Source: Chlorokybus atmophyticus
Taxonomy: Eukaryota > Plantae > Mesostigma and Chlorokybus algae
DNA: 64,000 nucleotides
Assembly: GCA_009103225.1 (NCBI GenBank)
Contig: RHPI01000385.1
Coordinates: forward strand, 120,175-184,174
Direction: 5' to 3'
Shown here: piece by piece, positions 35,201 through 47,700 of the stretch
How the letters are laid out: the number at the start of each line of letters is the position of its first letter
Position numbering within the stretch: the stretch's first letter is position 1
Program-made: the position numbers and the translations under genes
The notes under the pieces: generated by a model
Seen by the model: the letters and a program-made list of their open reading frames with translations, nothing else
The model's database searches: none
Told to the model about the DNA's origin: nothing

Positions 35201-36167
35201 TTCTTGTCACGTGTCAAGACGGGGTACAAGTGTGACTCTTGGTTTAACAACCATGAACACGTGACGGGCTTTGAATTGGGGGATGGACCATGGTATAAGG
35301 GCAATGCTCTTGTCATACCTGATCATGATGGCTTGCGCATTGAGTGTGTTACTACTGTGCATGACCCCCCACATGCTGGTTATTTTGGGCGGTTCAAGAC
35401 TACTGCTGCAACTCAACGACACTTTTATTGGCTCGGGTTGACAGTGGATGTTGATAGGTATGTTGCAACATGCGATGCATGTCAGCGCAACAAGCCGAGA
35501 CGGCAAAGAATGTCCGGCCTTTTACAGCCATTGCCCATGCCATCGCTCAGTTGGGAGAGTGTCAGTATGGACCTCATCACTGCACTGCCTGAGACTACCT
35601 CAGGTTATACAGCGATTGTGGTGTTTGTAGATTGTCTGACTAAGATGGTTCACCAAGTCACGCACGCAACAAGCACGTGAGTGCATGCGTGCGGCGCAAG
35701 ATCAATATAAAGTGTATGCTGATGAGCATCGGCGTAATGTTGAGTTTGAAATTGGTGACATGGTGTAGCTAAACACCAAGTACTTATCACTCAAAGCAAA
35801 GGGTACCCGCAAACTCATGCCACGCTTTGTGGGACCGTTCGCAATACGCGAGCCAGTTGGCAAACTTGCATACCGGTTGGAGTTGCCAGCATCGATGGGA
35901 AAGATACATGATGTATTTCCTGTGAGCCTCCTTGCGGCCTATCGTGCTGATGGACGGACTCAACCACCACCTCCTGCTGTTGTCTTGGATGATAGTGCGG
36001 GCTCAGAACATGAGGTGGAGAATATACTTAATCATAGAAAGGATAAATGTGGACGCACATCTTATCAAGTCAAGTAGAAAGGGTATGGTGTTGAGCACAA
36101 CACGTGGGAGACCAAAAGGAACTTGACAAACTGCCAGCAGGTTCTTCGGGATTACAACTCTCGCTAA
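32225..36167 (+). pseudogene. Pol of the Gypsy element: extra N-terminal domain - protease - RT - RNase H - integrase (core deleted) - chromodomain
   Basis: Protease VLDTAATHSF. RT YPLPRIDDML..DL..G.HQI..F.VLPFGLTNAP..LDDII. RNase H SDASKLGCGAVL..EQELL..TDHNPL. Integrase HHCC and SMDLITALP, then jumps to YADEHRR..PRFVGPF. Chromodomain EVENILNHR..YQVK*KGY..HNTWE. Confidence 0.92.
32597..33246. mobile_element. Solo LTR (650 bp) nested in pol
   Basis: TGTAAC...GTTACA termini with 5-bp TSD CCATG on both sides (32592-32596, 33247-33251). Excision rejoins the frame LVVLPPHSDH|ALVAAFEG..LDTAATH. Confidence 0.85.
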
Positions 36168-36295
36168 CGTGTGTGCCCACCGCACTACTGACAGGGCGTG
36201 AGGCAGCATGTCTTTAATGTGCAACCCTCGTCCCTCTTCGAAATCGGATCCGGCTGTTAGATGATTTACTAACGGCGCCGGCAGCCACCTTTTTC

Positions 36296-36304
36296 GAGGG
36301 GGGG
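36296..36304 (+). other. Polypurine tract
   Basis: GAGGGGGGG lies 3 nt before the TG start of the 3' LTR. Confidence 0.8.
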
Positions 36305-36307
36305 CAA

Positions 36308-36638
36308 TGTCAAGGGCTTTTCCCTTATTTAAGGTTTTTACCTTGATATCATTATATATGACCTTAATTGGTCAATTATATGCCAAGCTCTATTGGTTCC
36401 TCGCTCTATGCTCAATTAAGACCCTTATATGAGTCTTATTCATGAGTCATAACGGGTGATATCCGCGATTCTTACCCTAATTGGTTGATATCAACCAAAC
36501 TGGTCAAAGCTATGGCTGACAGTGAGTGAGGGAACGGGGGTTCTTGACATGTCAGTCACGGTGGCGGCATGGGTAGGGTCGTTGGCGTGGGTGTTGGGGT
36601 AGAGGATTAAAGGGGGAGTTGGCATTTCTCCCTTTACA
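36308..36638 (+). repeat. 3' LTR (331 bp; two modules: TGTCAAG..CTTGACA 36308-36549 and TG..TTACA 36550-36638)
   Basis: Follows the PPT, shares both terminal segments with the left terminus, and is followed by the TSD. Confidence 0.7.
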
Positions 36639-36643
36639 TGATG

Positions 36644-37280
36644 GCTGTTGCAAACAGCAGGGGCCAAGTAGGGTCACAGAGCAAGTGGCATTACACGGCA
36701 AACATCACCATACAATACAAGAACGCCTAACACAGACTGGGTGGGGGCCCACTAAGCTTAGCTGAGTGAGCTAGATACGCTCGACTAGAGAGGTTGGGGG
36801 TGTGTGGGGCAAGGGGTGGGGGAAGGCGAAGACACGGGGAACAATTCACTTGCCAACACCGCGCAGAGCATGTTGTGTTCGCACCACTGCCGGGGGTGTG
36901 TCAATGCGTTTGTACGTGGCTGTGTGGAGTTCTTCCATCAAACACTACAGATAATGTTTTTTGCACACTAGCACTAGTGTGCCCTTGCACTCCATGACTT
37001 GTCAAGTTCTGTGATTACGGATTGAGGCTGTAACAGCTTCCGTGTATGGCAGCGGTTGTTAAGTAGTGGTGACACTTATCATTGGTCATTGATCTGTTGC
37101 AAGCCAATCAGTGACATTCGGGGTCTCAGCTTCTCATTGCTGATGTATGCACCCTTTTCTGCGAGATCGTCGAAACAAATATACACCTCTATTATTGTTG
37201 ACATGTCATTGTTGGCGGTCAGTGCCGCACCATGCCCAACCGCACTCATCATATACACCCGTAGGCGCACACCCACACGC
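36644..37280 (-). mobile_element. Penelope-like element, 5' part of the RT that continues at 15656
   Basis: Minus-strand translation KLLQPQSVITELDK-(8-nt insertion)-CKGTLVLVCKKHYL*CLMEELHTATYKRI matches the V..DK..N.V.VCKKYY...EL..TY segment that precedes LP.LY..K.HK in Naiad/Chlamys-type RTs. Confidence 0.65.
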
Positions 37281-37721
37281 TACTACGCTACGCGAGCGCT
37301 GCGTCCGCCTTACTCGTTGGAGGGCGTTGCGCCACCAGTGATCGTCAAAACTGCCATAGCTGATTTTTGGCAATGCTGTTTGCCAGGCCTTCATGTCTAT
37401 TATCTCTTTAAAAACAATGTGCGGGCCACAATAGGGCCCATGTGCATTAGTTCATGATGATGGTTGATAGATATTTCTCGTACACTTGCACTGATGCTGA
37501 CACCTACCTTGAATCTGTGTAGGTTTTATTACTGTACGCATGTACAAGCACACTGAGCTAGTCACACGTTGATCACATGTCACAGTCGCAGGGAGTTACA
37601 ATGCGCATGCAATGCCATCACTGCGCACCAACATTGTTTGTCATATGCCCGTAACAAATGCTGCCAGGATTGTACCATGGCAGTCATGCACAATACAAAA
37701 ACTCACAATCTATCTATGATG

Positions 37722-40700
37722 CTACTGCACCCACGCCCATAGTAGAACATAGCTGAGCATAACAAGTTGTCCAGCAGCAGCTAAAGCACGCGCTACTGGT
37801 GGTGACAAGGTGGTTTGTTCCGGAGCGCCTGCTCTACCCAGAGCGTGCCACCGACTGCACATGCACAAGGGAGCTGCGGAACTCGGAACTTGGGACCGCA
37901 TTTGTTTACAAGGACCGTCTTCACTCGACAAAGCTTAGCAGCAGACACACATGGGACCTTGACCAAGTCCCTGGACCTTGAAGCCAGAAAATCCCGCCTT
38001 GGTTCCAGGCGGCATCCCACTGGCCAGCAGTCGAACTTTCCTGTGGCACAGGCACTTGCAAGGGCGACTGCACTTGCAAGGGCGACTGCCAGTTGAGTAC
38101 CATGGCGCTTGCCGTGGAGGACTCAAAGGCAGTTCACGAACTCTGCGCTTCGAGTGCCTCAACCTGACCATGTCGCTGTACTCCGGATGGCCAGCGAGTA
38201 GTGCATACTCTGCTGGGGACTTGCGGTTGACATCCAGCGCAGTGTACCAAGCTTGGAACCCGTCCTGCCAAGGCGGTCAAGCACAAACATGTCAGAACAT
38301 TGCGATAAAAGATACTCATGATAATTGCGCAAGCATGCGACTGACACTCTGATAGAGTGCTTAGCCTGGCAAGCAGGGATGCACAGGGCTGTGCAACGAG
38401 TACCTGAGAGTATTGACTTAGCAGCATTGAAACCATTGCACCCTTGTCATCCAGCAACGCAGCCAGGTGCAAGGGAGTGATGCCATCCGGTCCGTCTGTG
38501 TGTGCCAGTTGCTGGCCCCACCATCGCCGACAGTCAGCGGTTGTAGTGGGGTCGGTCGCATGCTGCAGCAAGACGCGCACAACAGCTGGACTCCGAGACC
38601 TGACTGCCTTGTGCAATAAAGACAGCTTATCCGCCGAGCGGCTGCTGCCGTCAGTCACAGCGTCTGACTGCGCATATGCCTGCTGGATGACAGCGAGCAG
38701 CTGTGCCACCACCGCACACCATCCGCGCTCAACAGCAAAGTGAAGTACATCTTCCACAACTGGCAGATGGCACGATCTTCGCCAGTGATGGAGCTGTTGA
38801 GTTGACACTAAAGGCTTACACTCTTCCGCCATACCAACTGGCTTGCCACAGTCACACGGTGCACCGGTCTGGGCCTTGCACTCCCACTGGGGATGACTGT
38901 TGCGACGTGGTGCTGACAATGCGTGCCCGAGGGCGTACAGCAGCGCGTCCACAGTTTCAGATTGCTTCCTGCAGGCTGTTTGCGCATCTTGCATGGAAGA
39001 TACTTCCACACACACTTCTGGACTTGCAAACAGGACTGGCTTCGGGTTGCTGAGAACTTCACCACGCACGACCTGCACACGAGACACTAATTACGCATGT
39101 TCCAAGCAGAAGACCACTAAGCAAGTGCTGGTGGCGTGCTGCTGGCAACCACTCGTCAGCATGCACTCAATGTTCGCGACTGAACCTCCAAGGCCGCTAC
39201 TCCGTCGCCATCATGAGTTGCACATTTATGGACATGGCAAAGAACGGACTGCTTGCTGCTGTCCTGCGCAGACGCTTTGCTGGCTTTGCTGGGACCTCCG
39301 CAACAGCAAGCTGACGAGGTTGCCGCCTCCACCACCAACATGGGATATCTCCCGCGATGCCGGCACACTATTTGACTGCAGGGTGTTTCAACAACAAAGT
39401 CATGTACCAGTCACAGCAAAACATATGCGACTCAGTCACTGGCAAAGTTGGCATAGGCCACGACACACTTCATCAACATAAGATTTGCAGCCAAACCGCA
39501 AATGCCATGCATACCTCTCGCAGCCTGAAAGCCCTTGACCCTCTACAGTAAATACAGTTGTCGCACCACGAGGTGCGCAAATAGGTGAAATTTTCTGTAC
39601 AACTGGCGCTTGGTATAATTTGGAGGTGTCTACGATATCCGTAATCACACCTGCCAAGAACCGGTGGTTAAGCCAATAGGTCAACTTATTATTGCTGGTA
39701 ACCCTTACCCAAGCAATACTAACTGCGCAACAACAACACTTGAACAAAGGGAGATGCCAGCTTGACAGAACACATGTACCTCCAAACACAACGGCGACCA
39801 TCTCTTCAATTTGCAGATTCAGACGGGAACGTGGCTCCTTCCAGAAACTCTTGCCGCGACCATTGAGCAGCTTCTTCACAGTACTTGTCATGTCTTTCTT
39901 GAGCTGTACGTCGCCACGTCACGCTCTTAGCAAACAGCTGGCAATATCGCTTTAACGAGTACGAATGCAACAGGGGACATTACCTGTTGCCATTGGGTCC
40001 TTGGCATGATTGCTTCCAATGTCAGCAGGACGCAGCCGGGCCGTATGTACGAATCAACCGTGAATGGAAAACCAGAAAGCCAGTCCAACACCTGCGTGCA
40101 TACCAATGCAATATCAAACTTTCCGGCACTTGAGAATACAGGAATGGCACGGCAACATGCCACAAGAGCAGCACCCATGCGCAAGTCGCAATGGCAAAGG
40201 ACCACTTGCCTGCTCTCGCACGTCATATGGCAAATCAGAGGGCGCACGCCCAAACAATTTGAAGGAGATTCGCCCAGCACGGTCCTGCATTGCATGATAG
40301 TCAGTCATGTCATATGCAATGACGCAGCCTAGCACAAAGTGGTGAGGTGGGGCGAACCTGTGACAAAAATTGCGCACGCTGGCCACCATCGATGAGGATG
40401 CGCTGCGCCTCCAGCAAGGCCGGCAGAATCGCAGCAGCTCCCGTGTTGTGCGACCCCGCCATGAGAGACCCGGACATGGCGCCTTGCATGGCGGCATTCA
40501 CTTGTGCTTGAGCCAGTGTGGACAGCAACTGCGCCTGGGTTGACAGCAAAGCCTGCGCGTGCAAGTACATGTTGTCACATGCGTTGCTATCGCAGGGCAA
40601 GTCCAAATGAAGTTGAACTGGCCAAGAAAGAACCTGATTCAAGGTGGCAGACGCAGCGGCTTGAGTCCCACTGAGCACACGGTCCTGAGGCATCAAGTCC

Positions 40701-42457
40701 AGAACCACAGGTAGGCGAGGCACTGCAGCTCCGCCGCCCACGCCAGCAAGCAAGAGCATCTGCATCTGTGAACCACACAGCATGTTGATTGTTACCTACG
40801 GCGATTGCACGCATGAGTGCATCGTGCCGGTTGCTGGGAAGGGTACCTGCTGCATGGATAGGGCGGGCACAGGCACCCCAGGTGAGGCAGTTGCGGCCGT
40901 CGCTGCAGCATCACCTGCAGGTGCAGCCGCCACTGGTTCCGCCGGCTTCCCCTCTGCTGTCGGGGCTGGGAACAGCTGCTGTGTAGTCAAGTTCTTGCCA
41001 GCCGCTGGCCCTTGTGAAGCTGCATTCAATATACACAGTAACGTCCCTTATATTTCAAGAAGTATACTGCAAAACACGCACCAAGGCTTCTATAGCAAAC
41101 CTAAAGTCTCTACAAGCATGTGCAGCAGGCAACTTGCGACATGTACATTATTACATCACCAGCAACACCACATACAAACACCTGGGCCAGCCGTTGTAGC
41201 CGCAGATGCTGCGCCCTGCGCTTTGGGTTCCGGTTCCTCAGAGCCTTCTCTAGTCTTCCGCCTCCTCCGATTGTGTCCTTTGAGGCGCATGCGACAGCTC
41301 CTTTTGTCAGCATCAAAATCAACCAGCGGCTGGAACCTGCAGATGGCGTTTTTGTCAGCAACTTTATGACATGAGTACAACTATTGATAACATGGCAGAC
41401 ACACAAGCATGCTCATGCGCATGCGAACAGCAAGGTCACAGCAAGACTGGCCTTGCCATACCGACTGCATTGCTGGCAGAAGCGCTGCAGGAACCCTCCA
41501 GAAAGAACGGCATCCCCTTTGGCATGCTGCGGGCAGACACGGTGGCGCTTGTAATACTCCTTTTCGCTCGCCAAGCCCACACCACAACCATCGACCTGCA
41601 ATATGCATACAAGAGAAACTGCTGTGTTACCACGACTCACTGACCAGAAAGCAGCTTCTGCTTTGGTTGTGCACAATGCAGCACACCTGGCATTCCATAG
41701 GAGCTCGCGCAGCACCGCCGCCGCGGGAGCGCTTTGCCGCCGGCGCATGCGCAACGCTGTCTTCGCCAGTGTGGGAGGAGGCCGGCCCGGACATGGTTCT
41801 CTCAGGTGGGGCAACATCACTCGGCCCACCTGCTGTAGCTGTACTTTGAGAGGGCGCTGCTGGCTCTCCTGCTGGAGCGCTGCCAGCTGCCAGAGACACT
41901 GCGCCTTCTTGTATCGAACGCGAGGCCTGCGCATTCACAGGGAAGTCCGACATTGGCTGCATACCGTCCCCGACCACAGGTGTGGCAGGATCCATTGCTG
42001 TTGCGTTCCAGAACAAGTGGACATTGGAAGCGACGTCCACTGGCGGAAAGTCCGTGGTGCTATCCGTGTCATCATGGGCCTCCTCGGTCTCGTGCCCATG
42101 CTCGGCATAATCCATGGGCGGCAGGTACATGGACACGCCGTGGTCTTGCACCCACGCCGTGTGCTTGCATATGGGCTGCACCAGCTGCCCTCCTAGCGTC
42201 CCGGATGTGACCGCCTGGTCGGTGTGTGCGCTCTTGTGCATAGGAGCAGGGCTCGCAAGCATCGCATGGCTGTCCCACGTCCACGGCTTTGCTCCCCATT
42301 CCAAAACCTCAAATGCGTTGCCCAGTGAACTGATGACAGGCTCCGGCTCCGCCTCTGTTTGAGTCACTGCCTCCACCAGGCGCGGTGGTGCGTGCTGGCG
42401 CAACTGCTGCTGCTGGTGGCGCTCCGCCATGAGAACAGGCCCATTTATAATTGCCAT
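37722..42457 (-). CDS. Large SBP-box transcription factor with ankyrin repeats (SPL1/SPL7/CRR1 class), multi-exon
   Basis: SBP domain CQVDGC..YYKRHRVC..H..QRFCQQCSR|FQPLVDFDADKRSCRMRLKGHNRRRRK; RISFKLF..P.DLP..|VLDWL..SYIRPGCVLL; ankyrins LLHKAV and GITPLHLAA; hydrophobic C-terminus. Start at 42457 or 42430. Confidence 0.92.
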
Positions 42458-44765
42458 GACCGCTGCTGGTAGCTTACGCTACACTAGATACTACCACCTA
42501 AGCTGTGCGATAAAACAGAACGCATTGCCGACACGCCTGCAACACGGCACCACAATGCACAGATTTAAGCCAAAACAAGCGAGTTTGTAAGCAACAACCT
42601 TGCAGGCGACGTGCAACACTCACACTCTCTCGTGGCATCAGACCAGAACGTACTCATAGTGGTAGAATGCACAAGCACTTCTGTGCAAGAGCATTCTTTG
42701 TCATCCAGCTGAAAGAGTAGCGACAAGGCAATTATCTACACAAAATAACTTCCAGCCTGCAGGTGCAATGCATTATATAGTTGGACGGTGTCGTGACAAC
42801 GCAAGTGTGCACAATTTCAGTGAAACAAATGAACCCTAACACTCAACGCTGGCACTGTTGGACATCCAACCGACATGACAGCCGCTTCCTGAGCAAGGGG
42901 CTAGGGTTTTGCACTCTCAAACGGCACCTTCGTGTGTTAAGGCAACAAGAACGAACTACCAAGCACCTGTGCCGGACGGCGCCTCCAAGCAAGCTTTCTC
43001 TCCCTGTTCTGCTATACCCACGCCCTCGCTCCCGCCCAAGTAATGCCAAAGCGTTACGGCAGTCAGGGGCAGAGGCGGCGACCTGCACCTCCTCCTCCGT
43101 CTCCACCTGACGGCCATGCGCATCCCAATATTGCTTGTTAGGGTTGGTACCGTACAGCGGTACGAAGGGCAAGCGCCGTTCTTGGGGTGCGCCAATCAAA
43201 TGCGGCAAACACAAGCACGTTTTGAATCTTTTCCGCGTGTTTGTCAGACGACAAGACTTACTCCTGCTGGGGAAGCGAAGCCCAATCTATGCATTTGTAC
43301 AATGCAGGTTGTATTCGCAAGAGTTTGGCCGGTGGTAGCTACTATGGTATGTACATGAATTAGCATCCATCCAATATAAACCATTGTTCAGCATCAATTA
43401 TGAGTTGGTATAAGCGCTCTAGTAGAGCTGATGCAACAAAAAACGATATACATATAGAGAGGGCGAATACCAATAGCGCATAAAAAGCTGTAACGTATGG
43501 TTTATCAACATGCACAATGTCATTACATAAGTGTCGTACTTTATCAAGTTTTCTTAAAAACTCTATTGAGTGACATAAAAAATATCAATCCTTCGGATAA
43601 ACACAACATGAAATATTTATTGAAATTCACTCACATTGCGATTTTCTAACACACAATCTTTTTACAAAGTGGCTCATTCATGTTGGTATTGCAATAATAG
43701 TAACATCGCACGCATTACGTGATAATCATTGTGTATCTTCAGGACGCTGAGGGATGTACAATAAAGGCGCGACATATTTATCAGCATAAGTTATCACAAC
43801 ATATCAGCATTGATTAAACATCAAGCTGTAAGATAATATTAAGGAATTCACATTGAGAATTTTGTATCAATGAGCTTGATGTTGTGAATAGCTACCATGT
43901 ATACCAATGCTGGGTTATCTGCAAATCTTGTTTATGTCAGTGCTTTGATAGCACTAAGTAAGCTTATGTTGTTTTCGTGTGCATGCAGCGGATTGATAGG
44001 ATCGCCCTCGTGCATGCACAATCCAGCAATGTATCTTGCTACATTTGTAAACATTTTCTTGTTTGTTGCATGTTTTTTGAACAAACGAAGTACCAATACC
44101 TTTCTTGTATCCCAATGGTATGTACCTAGGCAGGCGAGGTTTTCAAATGCTGGTAACTTCACTTGGGCTACACAACAATCCGCGACTACAACAATGGACT
44201 TGAAGGAGCTTTACTTGCAGCATGCTTACAGAACATTGCTGAACATACAGAGAGCGGGAGAGGGAGAGAGGGGAGAGCGAGGGAGTGCAGTCAGCACAAT
44301 AGCGTTAGTCTGTGCATCTGTTTCGCTGCTATGGTGCCTGCCGTAAAACTGACCTACCACTACGCGCTGTGTGCAGGTGAAACATTGTGTATGCACATGC
44401 ATGTATGTCTAGTGGCAAGTAGTAGAGGTAGAGTAGTGATGCATAGAGAGTGTTTGATGCAGACGCACCTTGCGCGGGCATGCATGTTCATCAGTAGGTA
44501 GCAGCGGTAGAGTAGCGGATGCATAGGTAAGGACTATGGCACCACCATGCATAGAGAGAGTGTGTGACGCCGATGCACCTCGCGGCATAGACATCAACAT
44601 ACAGGCTTATATTACCAACAACAATTGACTACCGTTACCACAATGCAAGGCGAGACTTGGGCCATACACCATGTTGCCGGTTGGTACACTATGCACAACA
44701 GCCACATTTTGTACCTGACCTGGCTGTTATTGACTTCAATCCCTATACACACAATGTATGTAGCG

Positions 44766-47700
44766 TCATACGTACTCTGATAGAACTACGAGCGTGTCCC
44801 CTTTCAACCAGGTAATTTGTGCCATTTTGTCAGGAGGATTCAAGAACGGGCCTTGCGACTTGTCGTGCTTCAGCTTGTAACTGCAAACACATTATGGTAT
44901 TGAGTGGCATTGCAGTGGTTACTGCATCACTGCAATGGAGCTACCTGCTACTACACTCACCCGATGACTACTTCCGGACGGTCTAACAACCTTGCGCGCT
45001 TGACAAGCTGCAAAAAACTGAGGCGCTCTCCATGAGACGCATATCTAGGGACCACAGGCTTGATGTAGATTTCACACCTGCATGTGCAGGTGTGTTCACA
45101 AACACTAACTGTACAATACATTGAGAATGTAGCAGTGCCTGATGCTAATGTCTTATCCTTGGTTACATGGCATGTAGTCAACTTACCCAACAGGCTCGAA
45201 CAAATAGCGAAGCAGTTTGTACATCTCAATGTTTTCGGAAACCATGCCGAGCGCCATGCTTGTGAGTTCCGAGAAGTGCACAAAATCATTGCTCCTTGCA
45301 ACCTGGAGCAAGCAGGTGATCACCACAATGTTTAGCAGACTTTACAGACTCAGAGGCTTGAGCAAGACAACGGACGTTTTGGATGAGAACCATAGTTCAT
45401 AACGTTGACTCTATTGATTCTTTCACGTAAGAATCATAACATTAGCTGGTGAAAAGGCGCTGTTGTGGAGTACCTGAACCATGGACTTGGTGCGTTCATC
45501 TTTTATCTCATTAACTAGGATGGAGTTTGTCCTTCCCCTTCGTTCTGCAACACAGCAAAGCAACACCGTCAGACATTGAGCGATTTGTAGTTAACTGACT
45601 GCGCCGGTGTTGCAGCAATAGTGTGCTGACCTTGAATGTCCCGAATCAGCAAAGTGCTGAACAGTGAGCGGGAATCACTGCCCACAAAATCGGTGTGCCA
45701 AGTCTCGTCGACAAGCACCATTACAGCCTGCAGCAATATAGACCATGCCTTTGAGATAACTGCATGCCAGTGCACAAAAGAATGCACGCATAAAGCTATA
45801 AAACAAAGCATTTGCAGCTTCACAAAGTACCCAACGACCCGTAACTCTGAAGTCCTTACAAGGCTCTCTTATAGTGCAACCATTTGCCACTTGTACCATC
45901 AAGCAGGCATGAAACACATGGCAGGTAACACATGCAAACCTGCAATTCGTGTAGCGGTGTAGCTGTGATTCATTGCACAAAGAAACTTGCACAGATGGAC
46001 TCGCCTGATACGTCTCGAGAGGTAGTACTTCAAGCTCACGACGCTGCAATGGATTTCCGGAGTGTAACCGCAATGTGCAATTGTTGAGGCCCTGCTCATA
46101 GAATCCGCTCATGTGCAGCCGCGCTTCCATTTGTTGCACGGAAAGTGGAGTCATCAAGACAATCTGTCCACAGGCGTATCAACGTATACGCACAGGTGTT
46201 TACAAGTGATCTTCAGCCATGCAGAAAATTGCGGCAAGTCACAAGTGAGACTGCACACAACAAACCTCTGAGCCTTTTGCAAGATAGCCATCAAGGAGTA
46301 GAATCATGTCTTCAACATCCCGTCGCCAGCCGCAAATTAGCACATTCTGCGGGTCATACCACTGCAGAGGAAGAGAGGTGAGATCAATGTGGCTCAATGT
46401 GGCCAACCATGCAGCGTGACTTTAGCTAAGGCACATCTGTGGCGAACATGCCAGCAGTGGCACGGTGGATGCTGGAGGGACTACTAAATGCAGGTACAGG
46501 TTTCAACGAGCACGGTCAGCAAACAACTACGATGTTTTGAGGCGGGAGTCTCACAAGCTGGTAAGATACATGCATCACATTCAGCAGCACAGCTGCTGAA
46601 TGTGATGCATGTACCTTGACAGTGTCGTCCTCGGCCATTTCTTGAAACATCACGGGGTCTCGCACCCAGTCGGGCGGTGCCACCTGTTTGCGAGCATGGT
46701 GCAGGGGAGTTTCTGGGATAATGTGGGGCTCAGGAGAGGAAGACACCAGCCGTGGCTGGAACAGACTATCGCCGTCGGGAGTGTACACGGGTCTGCAAAC
46801 CTCGTTTGCTACATCCTGTGATGCCTGCGGTGCCGGCATAAGCGGCAGCTGGTCTGCATGCTCCACAGTGGGGTTCTGAAACATAGGCCACACCCAATCG
46901 CCCAGATTGGACTCCACCACGTCCGCGCCATTGATGGTAGGGTTGGGTGTGGGTAAATTGGGTGCCGGTGACTTGGGTGCAGCGGGTGCAGTTGGGGTCG
47001 CCGTGGCAGTCGCAAAGTGTGCAGCCAGATGATGCGACTGTACGCACTGATTGGTTGGTCGCCAGTTGTCTTCCGGGGTCTGCAAAGCCCACATTGGTAC
47101 ATGACGCCATGCTTGTGCTGGACACTAGCGCCATTGAATTGTGACATATACTGCGGACTAGTGTACCTGCAACAATGTAAAAAGAAAGGCTCACCTCACA
47201 ACAGAGAGCCGCTGGTTTGTATGACGAGTCATCCTCAGCAATGACAATGATACGATCTCCGGGCTCAATGATTCTATCATCGTCCGCATTCACGGCAAGA
47301 TCACCATTGCCTGAGAAGATGCCAGCTACAACAGCGTCTGGAAATCTCAACAACACTTCACTGAACTTGCAACCAGTCAGCTCAGGCCATTCCCTGAAAT
47401 AGAACTCGCTGTCCTGAAAGCTTAACAACTCTTCGTACACCTGGACCATGCAAATTAACACACGTGCACAAAGAGACGGACACTGTAAATGACAAACAGC
47501 GGATTGCTGTTGTGTTAGAAGTTGTGGAAGGAATACAGTCCAACACACCCACCGTTGCAATGCCAGGAGTAAAGATGCACTGCACCATAAGGCGGCCCAT
47601 CAGGTCATGTGATACCAAGGGCAAGATGTCGCTCCCAAGCTTCAAGACGTCGATGTTGTCAAGGTCCAGTATTTCCACCACAACGTGGCCCTTGCGGTTC

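Larger units (their letters stand above)
15662..36638 (+). mobile_element. Giant (20,977 bp) composite Ty3/Gypsy chromovirus LTR retroelement with about 15 kb of cargo
   Basis: Starts TG (15662) and ends CA (36638). Identical TGATG at 15657-15661 and 36639-36643. Both ends share GTTGGCATTTCTCCC..TTACA. PBS follows the left terminus, PPT precedes the right LTR, and gag-pol-chromodomain lies at 30854-36167. The flanks are two halves of one Penelope-like RT. Confidence 0.75.

Noticed and set aside
19460-36167. Many stops from CAG/CAA/TGG transitions, suggesting RIP-like or CpA-methylation mutagenesis
   Set aside because: Ascertainment bias: transitions can create stops only from these codons and CGA. 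It needs a consensus-based mutation spectrum that I cannot compute.
38051-38090. Tandem duplication GCACTTGCAAGGGCGACT in the SBP gene 3' part
   Set aside because: Ordinary local slippage with no wider structure.
44440-44600. Short diverged duplication (GCATAGAGAG..GCACCT) about 97 bp apart
   Set aside because: Small intergenic duplication with no termini or coding signal.
46516-46560. Intronic LPPQNIVVVC* resembling the next exon (DPQNVLICGW) as an alternative exon of the channel
   Set aside because: The similarity is short, it ends in a stop, and there is no donor support; probably chance.
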